NCBI RefSeq assembly: GCF_039654945.1 | Contig: NW_027361766.1 | Coordinates: 36,890,001 to 36,954,000, forward strand | Length of the DNA: 64,000 bases | Direction: 5' to 3' | DNA from: Dendrobates tinctorius | Taxonomy: Eukaryota | In this document: positions 25,134-37,100 of the stretch, one piece after another | How the letters are laid out: each line of letters starts with the position of its first letter | Numbering within the stretch: the first letter of the stretch is position 1 | Program-made: the position numbers and the translations under genes | Notes under the pieces: model-generated | Database searches by the model: none | Told to the model about the DNA's origin: nothing | Seen by the model: only the letters and a program-made list of their open reading frames with translations

Positions 25134-26106
25134 TGTTTGGATAGCTTTATTTAATGAAACAATAATTTTGAGATATACTCAGTTATCATTAAATCGATCT
25201 ATTTGCATAGAATTGTTATAGTTCAAGAAAAACATGCGATTTTCCATATTTAATTGTGTACATATAATATCATGAAATTAATAAGATGTGAAATAAAAAG
25301 GTATAAGGAGTAAGGAAATAGGTAAGGTGATGTGATAGATTTATCTCATGTTGCAGTTTTTGTGAATACTATCATTGTGATTTAGTTATTTATAACCTTT
25401 TATGTGTTTTTTTAGGTATAAATATCTAGACAAATATTTTACCACTATTTCTCTCACTTGCTCTGTCCTATATGAAGAGTCTTGTGCAAAACACAGTGAA
25501 TAAGAATATAAGAAAATATAAGAACAATTATAAGAAAAAGAAATTAAGAAAATTGTGTTCACATATATGAGTAAATATAAGTAAATTTTCTTATATAAAG
25601 TACACCATAGTTTGTATTGCAACTTTGAGTCATCTTTGAATTGTTATTCCCCCTTTTTTCGTTGCAGCTTTTGTGACTACTATTATCTCCAATTTGGTTA
25701 TTTATAACCTTTTTGCGTTTTTTTCAGTTCAAATATCCAGAAAAATATTTTATCGTTATTCCTCTTATTTGCTCTTTCCCACATGAAGAGTTTGGCGCAA
25801 TATACGATGGATATGAAAATAAGAAAATACAAGAACAATTACAAGAGAAAGAAATTAAGAAAATTGTGTGCATATATGTAAAATATAAGTGAATTTCCTT
25901 GTATAAAGTATGCTATATTTTGTATGCACAGTGTTAGTTATTCTGACTGCACTTTTGAGTCATTTGTGAACTTGTTATTCCCCTTTTGGGATTTTTAATG
26001 TGTCTGTTTTAAATGTGCTTGTATTTCACGTGTTTTCACTTTGTTAATTGATTAATTATCTTACCGGTGTGTTGACTGAATTCAGCATAAAGTTCTGCCT
26101 GTAACA

Positions 26107-26166
26107 TTGCTTGACATCATGACTAAGGGTGCGCAGTCACCAGAAACGCGTTAAGAGCGCAAGCAA
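26107..26166 (+). ncRNA. Non-canonical hammerhead-like motif of the pseudo-LTR (inverted copies near 21210, 22220 and 22360)
   Basis: TTGCTTG/CAAGCAA outer stem, core CATGACTAA, stem GGTG/CACC, GAAACGCGTT. Confidence 0.5.
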
Positions 26167-27425
26167 CTTTCTGTATTATGCTGGCATTTTAACCTCGCTT
26201 GTACTACATGGATTGGAGTGAATAAAAGAATCATATATTTTCACCACATCGTAGAACTGGACATTTTCTTCATTTTTGGTGTTACAAGCGCCCTGATACG
26301 GCGGCTCCTTGCTCCCGTGGTCAAGATGCGGTTTCTGGTGAGCTGGAATTTCTGATTTGTTTTGTGAGACTGCAGAGGATGATATAGAACATTCAATTTC
26401 CAGAGAATAACTTATGGGCATAATTTGGTGAATTCGAATTTTGGCAGAACCGCTCATCTCTAGTGTTTACCTGAACAATTTTGAATATGTTCTAATTTAT
26501 TCTCAATGTGGAAATAGCTGCACTCAGTGTAATTAACGTTCCTAAAGGGATCTCAAATGTTTCAAGTAAACTGGTACTTAAATTTAATTATTATTTATCA
26601 TCTTTTTTTTTAATGAGTCCCTTGTGGAGTAAGAGCAAAGACATATAACTATAAATACCAATGTTTTAGTCCTGCATCACATATGAACTATCACTCTACA
26701 CTGTATCGAGGGTAAGTTACCAATCATTACATTTGTAATGACATGGGATTGGAGATAGTGTTTTCTAAATATTCTCTGCCTTGAAGGACTAATGTTTTGT
26801 AATGTAGCAGCATATTATGATGATTACATATGAACAAAAAATGTAAATGAATGAACTCCTTGTTTTCTACTGTAACTTGCAATCTTCCAGCATTCCTTCT
26901 ACACTTTGCATTAGAGAAAGGAAGGAGTTAAAACAACCCGCATTTGACCTGCATCTTAAGCTAGTTAATGATGTAACATTATTTCTTTACATCTTCTGTA
27001 GAGTGAGTTACTAGACCTACAGTCAGCATGCTAGAAAACACTCATTGTGATAAATGCTATAGAAATAGATAAACCAACATTTTTTCACAGTCTCTCCTCT
27101 AATAGAAATGCGAAGATTAGAGTTAAGTGAATCTTTAAAAAATATTTTATTTATTTTCTAGCTGACGAATCAGACAGTTTGCTGCAAACCTAAATCTTGC
27201 AAACCATATTTATATATTTACTTTTTCATACTTCTATCTTAATAATTAACATCATACCAATTTTCTATCAGTCTCAAACTTGAGAAAACAATCGCATAGT
27301 TTCTATTCAGAGCTAAAGAAGGATTAGGAACCTGAAAAGCAATTATTAGCAATAGCATGCTCATTTCGCCTCTATGATGTATGTATTGCATTGATGTTTT
27401 TCTGTGGATAAAACAGCTCCATTAA

Positions 27426-27847
27426 GGGGAATCTGTCACATCATTTTTGGCCTATGAGATGCAGCCACCGCCATCAGGGGCTTATCTACAGCATTCTGTA
27501 ATGCTGTAGATAAGCCCCCGATGTAATCTGAAAGATAAGAAAAACGAGTTAGATTATACTTACCTGGGGGTGGTCCGGTCCGATGGGTGTCGCGGTCTGG
27601 TCTGGCGCCTCCCATCTTCTAGTAATGACGTCCTCCTCCTTACTTCTGCCACAGCTCCTGTGCAGGCGTAATATATCTGCCCTATTGAGGGCAGAGCAGA
27701 GTACTGCAGTGCGCAGGCGCCGGGAAAGGTCAGAAAGGTCCGGCACCTGAGCACTTGTGCACTGCAGTACTTTATAGAATGCTGTAGATAATCCCCTGAT
27801 GGTGGTGGCCGCATGTCATGAGGCAAAAATGAGGTGACAGATTCCCT
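27426..27847. mobile_element. T2/Kolobok-type MITE, copy A only
   Basis: TIR RGGGAATCTGTCAC, TTAA TSD; single TTAA at the empty site in copy B (51843-46). Confidence 0.9.
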
Positions 27848-28363
27848 TTAAGCATTTTCAGTGGGATCACCATTTTTTTCTTTTACATTCCATATATATT
27901 TGACAGAAGGAAAACCTCTGTCTATCTCTATGAAACTCGAGATGTATGGAAGTGCATTTGGAGCGCCAACGTGGATGAAGGATGCCATACAAAGGCTCCA
28001 AACTCCTTAGTTTTTCCTAGGCATTGCCCCACCATGTGCTTAGCTCCTTCATCACACAAAGTAATTTCACAAATATAAATAATCCAAATTTGTCAAAGAA
28101 AATCAAAAGGTCAATATAACAAAATTTAAATGATTTCCCAGATAGATACATATATACATACATATCTCCGCTGTAGAGGTTTACAACCTTTTTTTTACGC
28201 CTACTTGGGTGTTTGCTTTTTACTCGTAAATATTGGTATTGTTATTACTATAATTGCTATTTTATACAGCAGATGACATTTGCCGTGAATACTATGATAT
28301 GATAAAAATAAGTCTCCTCCTTTTTCAGGTTGCACAATTGTCAGCTTCCTCTGCAGATGCACA

Positions 28364-29305
28364 ATGGGGTTCCGCTTATTGATAAAATCTTTTGCTTTTG
28401 TTCTTCTTGTGGTTTTTGGTATCCCGGGAAATGTCTACATTGTGATCAAATTTTTGCACATTAGGATTTTGGAAAAGAAGCTCTTACCTACTAACACCAT
28501 ACTAATGACACTCTCAGTTGTTAACATTTTTGTGCTTCTGTCCCGTGTCATGTTACAGGCTCTGAACGCCATTGGATTAGAAAATATCTTGAATGATGGA
28601 GAATGCAGATTGTTTATCTTCACTTTTAGAGTTAGTAGAGCCATGTCGATTTGTGTAACCAGTTTGCTTAGCTGCCACCAGTGTATACTTATTGCACCAG
28701 CCAATAAAAAGTGGAAATACCTCAAACAAATAGTAAACCCAAATGTTTCAATTATATTGGCAATGCTTTTAGGAATGAACATGTCACTTTACCCTGCTGG
28801 TATTTTATATGGACGAGCACAATCCAATGATACCCTCTCACCGTACACATTGCGCCTAGCATACTGTGATGTTGACTTTCTAAACTATCTAACCTATATT
28901 ATTAATGGATTGGTATCTGCGGTTCGAGAAATTATATTTGTGGGATTAATGATCCTTTCCAGTACCTATATTGTATATGTTCTCCATAATCATGGTAAAG
29001 CCATGAAGGGAAAGCGCAGTTCAGACAAAGTACAAAACAAGACAATTGAGTATAAAGCTTCGAAAGCAGTCATTATGTTTGTCATAATGTATGGACTATT
29101 GTTTGGCATGGATAACTGCATGTGGATATATACTATAACTATGTCCAACGTAGGCTCTGATGTCAGTGACACTCGATTATTCCTTGCTGCCTCTTATGCA
29201 GTGCTGAGCCCATATCTAATTTTTGCTACTAACCCTAAAGTAAACCAAGGATTCAAAAACCCATTCAGAAGAGAAAGGATTGAAAGAAAAATAGGTATTT
29301 CTTGA
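28364..29305 (+). CDS. Vomeronasal type-1 receptor (V1R / ORA-like) GPCR, 313 aa, duplicate A
   Basis: Intact 7TM ORF with GIPGN, FRVSRAMSICVTSLLSCHQCILIAP..W.YLK and YAVLSP. Pyrimidine-rich acceptor ending at 28328. Confidence 0.96.
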   Translation: MGFRLLIKSFAFVLLVVFGIPGNVYIVIKFLHIRILEKKLLPTNTILMTLSVVNIFVLLSRVMLQALNAIGLENILNDGECRLFIFTFRVSRAMSICVTSLLSCHQCILIAPANKKWKYLKQIVNPNVSIILAMLLGMNMSLYPAGILYGRAQSNDTLSPYTLRLAYCDVDFLNYLTYIINGLVSAVREIIFVGLMILSSTYIVYVLHNHGKAMKGKRSSDKVQNKTIEYKASKAVIMFVIMYGLLFGMDNCMWIYTITMSNVGSDVSDTRLFLAASYAVLSPYLIFATNPKVNQGFKNPFRRERIERKIGIS

Positions 29306-29385
29306 CCAAGCAATTACCATTCTCAGATCATTACACTATTGTAGCGATTTAATTGCACTTTCTATTATACTGAAATAGAAGTTAA

Positions 29386-29759
29386 AGGGGTTGTCCATTA
29401 CTCTGACGGCCCTTCTCCATCCCTGTTTCCCCCCATTTGTGTCGGCACTGGCTCTCCTAGTGATTGTGTGACATTGTTATGTCACGCGATCTCTGTGGCC
29501 AATCAGCTTCCGTCACCCCTCCTTTGGACAAATAAAGACATCCGAAGGAATTCAGAGCAGCCACAGCTATCATTCGCTTTGGATGTTAATTATGTTCATA
29601 GGGGGAGAGTTAAGCCAGCTCTGATTGATTGAAAGCATCACGTGACACAACAATGATGGCAAGTCCCGACAACACTGGAATGGTGAGTAGAAGTGTTATT
29701 ATTTTACTTTGGAGAACCTACACATTGAGAAGGGATTGTCTGAGTAGTGGAAAACCCTT
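29386..29759. mobile_element. T2/Kolobok-type MITE just 3' of V1R copy A
   Basis: TTAA|AGGGGTTGTCCA...TGGAAAACCCTT|TTAA; also present in copy B at 53409-53781, so older than the duplication. Confidence 0.8.
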
Positions 29760-30662
29760 TTAATTTTCAATGGAAAAATGTAGAAGAGATACATTTGACA
29801 AATCCCTGAGAACTAGGTTTGTTATTTAACACAAGCATTATTGGTATGCAAGATTTTCACTGTGGCTTTATTCAGTGCCTATAGGGAACAGGTAACTATA
29901 CCATTTGTATATAGCCTGTGGACACAAGCCTCAGCACAATTGGTCTGACTAATATATCTGGTGTGGAGTAGGTTATCAGTAGACAATACCATTTCATATA
30001 ACTTATTATGCCAGTAGAAGGGGACAGCTAAGTTGTACCCTTTTTCTATGAGCCAGAAAAGAAATCTGCCTAAAGAATTGGTTTCCATAATGAGATTTGA
30101 GATAACCTTACAGTATATATAATGCTACACATAACACTTGTTGAAACTTCCCCTGGCAATAACATTTTTAAAATACTGTAGTTATCTTTGATGACAGCAT
30201 GATGTGTTAATAAATTGTGCTGCAATAAAAGATATACGTGTACATACTATTTCAGACAGAAGATCATTAGGAATTAGAAAAGCAGTTGTGAACAAAATGA
30301 AATACAGTAGAAAGCTACATGTAATAAATGTGGACATGTGATCTGTTACTGTGTTCAGGAAAGTTTTAATTGAATATGATGTTGTATGATGCTTAAAGGG
30401 TTTTCCCACAAGCAAATGTAATTTTAATCAATAAATTTAAAAAAAAATTCCACATTTGGTTGTGATTAAATAAAATGCTTCTGTCCTGAGATAATCTTAT
30501 AATGTGCCCCTGCTGTGTACTGTGTAATGGTTGTGTCTGACTGCACAGAATTTTGGTTTGATCATACTACATCTCCTGGGCAGGGGAGGAAGCAAAAGAG
30601 TATATAGAAATTACAGCATGGGATCACAAAGAATTCTTTCTTTGAGGTAAAACATAGCCTAA

Positions 30663-31232
30663 CCCCTTCACGACAAGCGCCATACTAGTACGGTACATAT
30701 CGTGTCTCCCCCTTTGATGTGGGCTTCAGCGGTGAGATCACTTCTTTTCCGGCACGTCAGCTGTTTTGAACAGCTGAAATATGCCCGGAACAGCTGTGGG
30801 TGGAATTGCGATCCACCCGAGGCTTTCAACCCGTTGAATGCTCCTGTCAAACTTTGACAGCAGCATTTAATGCTCGCTTCCGGCCATCAGGCCTGAAATT
30901 CGCTCATCGGTGTCCTTTGTCACGTGATCGTGGGTCACCGATGGGTTGGCATGACAACCAGAGGTCTCCTGGAGACCTCTATGGTCACTGACGGCTTGCT
31001 GTGATTGTCACCCGGCAGTCGGCGCTCATAGCAAGTGAGGTATTCTGCTACGTACAGGTGATCTGATCATCGCCTGTATGTAGCAGAGCAGATCGGGTTA
31101 TGGCAGCTTCTAGTCTTCCATGGAGACTTTTGAAGAATGCCAAATGTAAAAAAATATGTTTTAAAAAATATTAAAAAGATAAAAAAATACAAAAAGTTTA
31201 AATCCCCCCCCTTTTGCCCCATTCAAAATAAA
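30663..31232. mobile_element. Truncated piggyBac-type non-autonomous element inside an older T2 MITE (about 30397-31831)
   Basis: CCCCTTCACGAC terminus; matches the left half of 54729-55980. Confidence 0.72.
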
Positions 31233-31307
31233 TATTTTGCTTGGTCCTCTGCCCAGGAGCTGTGGTATGATCAGACCATGTCCCTGCACGGTCAGACACA
31301 GCCATTA

Positions 31308-31702
31308 GGGTACCGTTACACTTAGCGATGCACCAGTGATCCCGACCACGATATGACCTGGTCAGGATCGCTGATGCATCACTAAGTGGTCGCTAGTGAG
31401 CTGCCATACAGGCAGATCTCACCAGCGACATAGCAGCGGTCGGGGGTCGCTACTTACCTGTCAGACGAGGCGATCCTGACGTCCTCCTGCCCGCGTCCAC
31501 ACGTCGCTCGTCGGCACCACAGGAAGCCCAGCAGGAAGTGGCCGGCGAGAAGTGGCCCAGGACGTTCTCGCGCGATCAGCAATAATCAGCGGGGGAGCCG
31601 GTCGGAGGTAAGTATCACACATAGCGATATCGCTGCTGTGTCACAAAACCAGTGACATTACAGTGATATTGCTAGCGATATCGCTTAGGGTTAACGGGCC
31701 CA
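31308..31702. mobile_element. Harbinger-type MITE, copy A only
   Basis: TTA TSD (31305-07, 31703-05); empty site near 56054. Confidence 0.87.
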
Positions 31703-31846
31703 TTACACAAGACACAGCAGGGGCACATTTATAAGATTATCTCACCACAGGAAAAAAATTTTAAACACATCCAATTGTGAAATGTATGAAGATCTATTGA
31801 TTAGAATGAACTTTATTCATGGGACAACCCTTGAAGCTGTGACTAA

Positions 31847-32407
31847 AGCCCCCGTCACACACAGCACACCCCGTCACACAAGTTTTGTGACGCAGCAGCG
31901 ATCTCACCAGCGAGATCGCTGTGTGTGACACTTTACCAGTGACCAGCCCCCTGCCGGTTATCACTGATCATCCTGGAATGGCCAGGACATTTTTTTGATC
32001 TCTGGTCTCCTGCTGGCCAGCATGCATCGCTGCGTGTGACAGGCGACAGACCAGCGATCAGCGAGCAGGAACTGGTAACTAAGTTAAACAGAGGGTTTCT
32101 AAGCGGCGTGCAGCGCTTAGAAACCCGATGTGTACTTTAGTTACCAGCGCGCTGGTGCAGGGAGCTGGTAACCAAGGTACACATCGGGTTTCTAAGCGGT
32201 GTGTGGCATCAGCGCGCTGGTAACTAAGGTACACAGTGGGTAACTAAGCGACGTGCGTCGCTTGTTACCCCCGTGTTGCTGGTGCTGATCGCTGGTGAAG
32301 CTGCCTGTTTGGCAGCTCACCAGCGATCATATAGCGACACACCAGCGATCCTGACAAGGTCATATCGTTGCCGGATCGCTGGTGCATCGCTATGTGTGAC
32401 GGGGCCC
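31847..32407. mobile_element. Harbinger-type MITE, copy A only
   Basis: TIR RGSCCCCGTCACAC, TAA TSD; single TAA at the empty site near 56239. Confidence 0.9.
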
Positions 32408-33498
32408 TAAGTGTTAGTATAATTTTGATATGTATATATTACAGTCATAGCAGCTCATACCTGTTCACACTTATGTCATTCTATGAAGAGGTGCTGCTCA
32501 GATTTGGGCTACATTTATATCACATTTTTCCTGTACATCAGTGGTTGTCATGAGGCTTCCGTCTGAAGCCTTGAAAAATGGGATTTGGGTGGATCTGATG
32601 ATGGGACTATTGAGTTTAGTGGGCTACTGCACTTTTGTTCCATCCTCAAAAAGGTGGCCACTGACAAAAAGAATGTCATAGAAAGCTCTTTCTGCTTCAT
32701 TTAAAGTCAAATTCCCAGCCAGCAGTAACACCCGGAATCCTGCTCATCAGAACTTCAGGCACTAGTCCAGATGGTGCCATTGACGTGACAAAAATGCAAT
32801 GAGAACCTGGCCTTATTTTGAAGTTCAGTTGGAGGCAGTAAATACCTCAATAGTTTGCTTAACACTCCACAAATCAGTCTAAAGTTGTTTTTAATTTATG
32901 CTGTATCCTATCCTAAGCTTCTACCCCAGGAGAGGTTAGAGCACACACAAATTTGCCAAATTGGGCTCCAAGTATCCCAATTTTATAGGTATAGTATATA
33001 AGGCATAATAAATCTTGAAGTTCATATATTCAATGTTTACATGTATCAGTCCAACTTTTTCTTAAATATGCATATACTGCAATCACAACAGCTTGCATTC
33101 TGTTAGGATGTGCTGGTCAGTTTTGTTTTATGTAAGTTTATGTTCAAATGCTCAGTAGTTACTTTAATTTCTAGATCTGTTTTGGCATCATAAAAAGGGA
33201 AATAAAATGTTCCTGTACTGGATCCATTCATTTGATCATAACTGAAGGGTCTTAAAATATTTTTTTTTTGTTTGCCTCTTTTCCAGCTGCTGGTTTTTAT
33301 CTAGATCAAAAAACATAGTTTACACAACTTTTTTGTTTTGCCCAAATAAACAGAGAGCAACTGCATCCATGTAAATTTAAATATATGGGCAAAAGATTAT
33401 AACAGATGTTTTTCATTTTTTATTTTTTGCTTCATTTGCTCTATTTGAAATAGTTCATGTTTTTTTCAATGTTTGTTCTGAAGGGAAGAAGACCGGGC

Positions 33499-34196
33499 TG
33501 TGGCTACCAATGAGACACCGGGTCCGGAACTGCCGGGGTCACGTCCGGTGTTGCAGGGGGGAAGAAATGGGAGACGGAAAAAAAAACATGATCCAGAGAG
33601 AAGGGACATGACAAGAGAAGGGAGGAGAGAGGGTTTAGCGTGGGAAGAGGCAGAGAGTTCCCACTGGAGAGGAGAGAGAGCAGGGACCTGCTGTGTGCCG
33701 CAGAGAGAGTTTGACTGCACGTTAGTAAGAGAGAACAAGGGCAGCGTACGCAGACAGGGAGAGTGTAGTGCAGGACTCCCAACCACAGAGCACATTAAAC
33801 GGGAGGGTGTTGTGCAAAACTTCCGATTGCAGAACATGCCAAGTGGGAGAGTGTGGTGCAAAACTCCTGACTGCAGAGCATGCCTAGTGAGAGATTCTGG
33901 TAAAGGACTCCCAGCTGCATAGCAGCGTGATGAACTAGGGGCTCAATGGGTCAGACCGGTGAACGCCCGTTGCTGCCAGAAGAGTGAGCACTGAAGGTCT
34001 CAGTACCGGCATCAACTGGATCTCAAATTCCGTTTCTGGAGGAGTGAACAGCAACAGACTCATGATAAGTGAAGCAGTTAAATGCATAGACTGCGGCCCT
34101 GAGTTATACTGTTCTTCATGTCATTTAGCTTAAAAATCTGTTTAACTCCTGGCTGACTCCCTGTAAGGAGAACCCCTATTGTGTTAATTAAGCCAC
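33499..34196. repeat. Purine-rich LTR-like repeat (duplicate at about 57272-57968)
   Basis: TGTGGC...GCCACA ends and a composition shift, but no TSD. Confidence 0.4.
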
Positions 34197-37100
34197 ATCC
34201 TTGTTAACCCTTGCTCTGCACATCTGTGTTACTGCATCCTTTTACCTGCTTTACAGTTCCATTACAAATGGATGCCAACTGGATATGTGAACAGAGCTTC
34301 AGAAGCGCCATTCAATTACATATGGAAATAACTAGATATTGAACAAGCACACAGATTGGGACAATGACTGTTGAGAGTCATCTCTGAAAGCTGCCCATGG
34401 TGGAGGCTGATGATTTTGCAAGATTTCTAACAATTACATTTTCAGAGATTAGAAGTAAGGGAAGGTGAGCTGTTAATTGCTATATAGAAAACAGTGGACT
34501 ATAGAGAAGTGGCTAGTATGTTAAGAGTTAACTGTTCCACTGGAATGTAACTACTGCACATTTTTGGCCCGTGCCTAGGCAGGCATCAGTTTCTTTACTC
34601 CATTAAAACCTGCTGTATAAAAAAATAAAGCTCTAAAATTAATTGCAAAGTTGCTTATTTTTGATTTTTTTCTTAGATTTTAATTTTTGGAATAAAATAC
34701 ATTTATTTTAAGCAATGCAATACCTAATGTCTTTCTGTTCTAGTCAGTTATGTTAGAACTTTTGCACAGTCTATTTTGCATATGCTGTGTATGTATTGTG
34801 AAAGTGATTTAGATCCTGTGACTTGCTCTCTATTGTATCTATCCTTTATACACCTGAATATGTTACTGTTTTGAAAATTAATAAATCGGACTTGGAAGAA
34901 GAATGTTGGCAGATTTTTCAGTTCACTCAGGGCCAGTATTAGTCTCACCCCAGGAAAATTTAAAAGTGGTGCCCTGAATTCTAACATATAATCCCTTTAT
35001 GAAATCTCTATATATGCAGGGAAACATGCCTCCAACCGTTAAAAGAGTTTCCACTTTCATGAGAACTGACATTGTACCCGGGGAAGGTAAATACTGTGTC
35101 AATTTATTAATTTATATACCGGAAAATCCTGAAAGTAGAAATTCCTTATAATATTGAGATAGCTTAAAATCTAAAACAGCTGTACTGCAATAGCAAACCA
35201 AGAGTAGATTTTCTGTTTTATCTTAAAGGGTTTTCACATCTGAAAAAATTTTCAGCAAGCTCTGTAGCTTTCTGGTTCCTAGAGGTGTGCATTGAACACA
35301 ACGTTAGGTTTTGGATTCACTTGCCAGCTCTGGCGGTTATAACTCAACCACAAGTATGCAATGTACAGTTATGTGCCTTCTACATTCTCAGCTGCTTCTC
35401 TCAATAGAACTCAATGACCCTTTATAGGAAGGAGGGAGTGGTCACACCTGCTGACTGATCAAATATGTAATAACACCAGCAGCCACCGGGGGGGGCAACC
35501 CAGCCGCAGACTCACTAAGCTTGTAGTAAAACCAGTGGCCACCGGGGCAAAACCCATATTAACCCCCGAGGGCCAGAAAGGAAAAAGGTAAGAGTCCAGA
35601 CTTTGACAGATCCAAAAATCCCAGCGCTGCGTCTCCTGCTGTTTTTTTACATAAACAATGGCACGTGGCTGTTGAAAGGCTGCAGTCATTCCTATTCTAT
35701 CAAAGTCGAAGAATAGTGAAGGCTGCAGCTAGTCAGCAGTTGCTGAATTAATAGAGGTCATGTGATATTGATGTCATGATGCTGATACATAACAGCACTG
35801 TGATCATAGGAATAGCGCCAGTATGGGAGGTAAGTGTAGAGTGTATTTTGTGCTGCACCTTGGGACTAAGAAGAAAGGGTAGTCCAGTAGTGGACAACTA
35901 CTTTAATAATTTATGAAATCTTCTCTTGGCTTGTTTTTGATAAACACCCTTTTGTAAAGGTTATAGTACCTCTCTTTTCTTGGGTTTTTCCACTTTCATG
36001 GTTCTCCCCTGTAATGGCTAGCACTCAGTGTTCAGAAGATTTGTTCCTGATTATTAGCCCATGTAAACATGCCAGTGATAATATAAACTGATGAATAAGC
36101 AAAAACACTGAATTATTTATGACAAATCATTAAAAATCATGGCTATTGACTGCACATTGCACGGTGTACACAGAGGGTGGACTGCTAGTAACTAGAATGA
36201 GTATGTGGTGACATACAGTATTAATAATTTTTGTGTTGTCATCATTTCTTAATGATTCATGAAAACAAGCTAGAAAATAAGTGCTGATCGAATTGTATAA
36301 AGCCAGTCTGCACTCATTACTAGGTCAAAATCAGCAATAATTGAAAATACAGGGTGGCCTAAAAGTCACAAGACTACTTAAAAATAGAATAACTATAGTG
36401 TGTATTAAACATGCACAGTTATTATTTTACAAGCAATAAATATACTTCTTGGAAATTATTTTTATTTAGTTTTGTAGGTTATGACTGTAAGCTTGGCTAA
36501 GTGTGGAGGCCAATAGAATTCAGAGTTTCGTGAAATTATCTGCAGTCAAAAAATTTGTCTTACGATTACGTTTTGTGCCTCATTCTCAAATAAGGGCCAA
36601 GAACTCTTTATCTGCTTAAACCGCACCAAACCGTTACTTTTATGCCTCTCTCTTACATTAATAAAACAGATAGTTTTTTTGTACATTTGTGGAAAAGTCA
36701 CATTTGCAAATGTGAAACTTGACTACCATGATAAGGAAAGCTTACAACCTGTATTTTGGCTGCAGAATAGGGGATCAGGACAAAAGTTGGGCTCCACACA
36801 TACTACAATCTTATGCTTTTCTGCATTTCTAATTATCTGCATAAAGCCAACCAATCACACTACCAATTGCAATTTCTCTATGATGCACTCCATTAAAAGG
36901 AGTTTCAAGGAAGAAGCGAAATTTATAGTATCCAAACAGTCCATCTGCAATACACCCAGTACCATATACAGATGAACTGCTGGCTCCAAAAGCACCAGAA
37001 ACACTTTCAGTTGAGTCAAGTGATGAAATGATTCCTGTCATGATGCATCTTCCTCTCACAGCACAGATTTTCTATAGGCAAGCTCAACTAAACCACAACT

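Larger units (their letters stand above)
21094..26357 (+). mobile_element. Penelope-like retroelement (Neptune-type) with multiple inverted pseudo-LTR copies at the 5' end
   Basis: TGTTTTGTGAGACT on both sides (21080-93, 26358-71); empty site in copy B near 50779-92. 21743-22798 is the reverse complement of 25730-26374. Confidence 0.93.
21004..36178 (+). repeat. Segmental duplication copy A (V1R-containing unit)
   Basis: Collinear with 50701-60084 once A-specific insertions (21094-26357, 27426-27847, 31308-31702, 31847-32407) are removed. Confidence 0.93.

Noticed and set aside
27556-27570. U1 snRNA gene or pseudogene
   Set aside because: Match is limited to 12 nt, with no U1 stem-loops or Sm site; it reads as an antisense splice-donor motif inside a MITE.
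28435-29172. Antisense ORFs over the V1R genes (also 5855-6301 and 52435-53172)
   Set aside because: Shadow frames of the coding strand, shared only because the genes are homologous.
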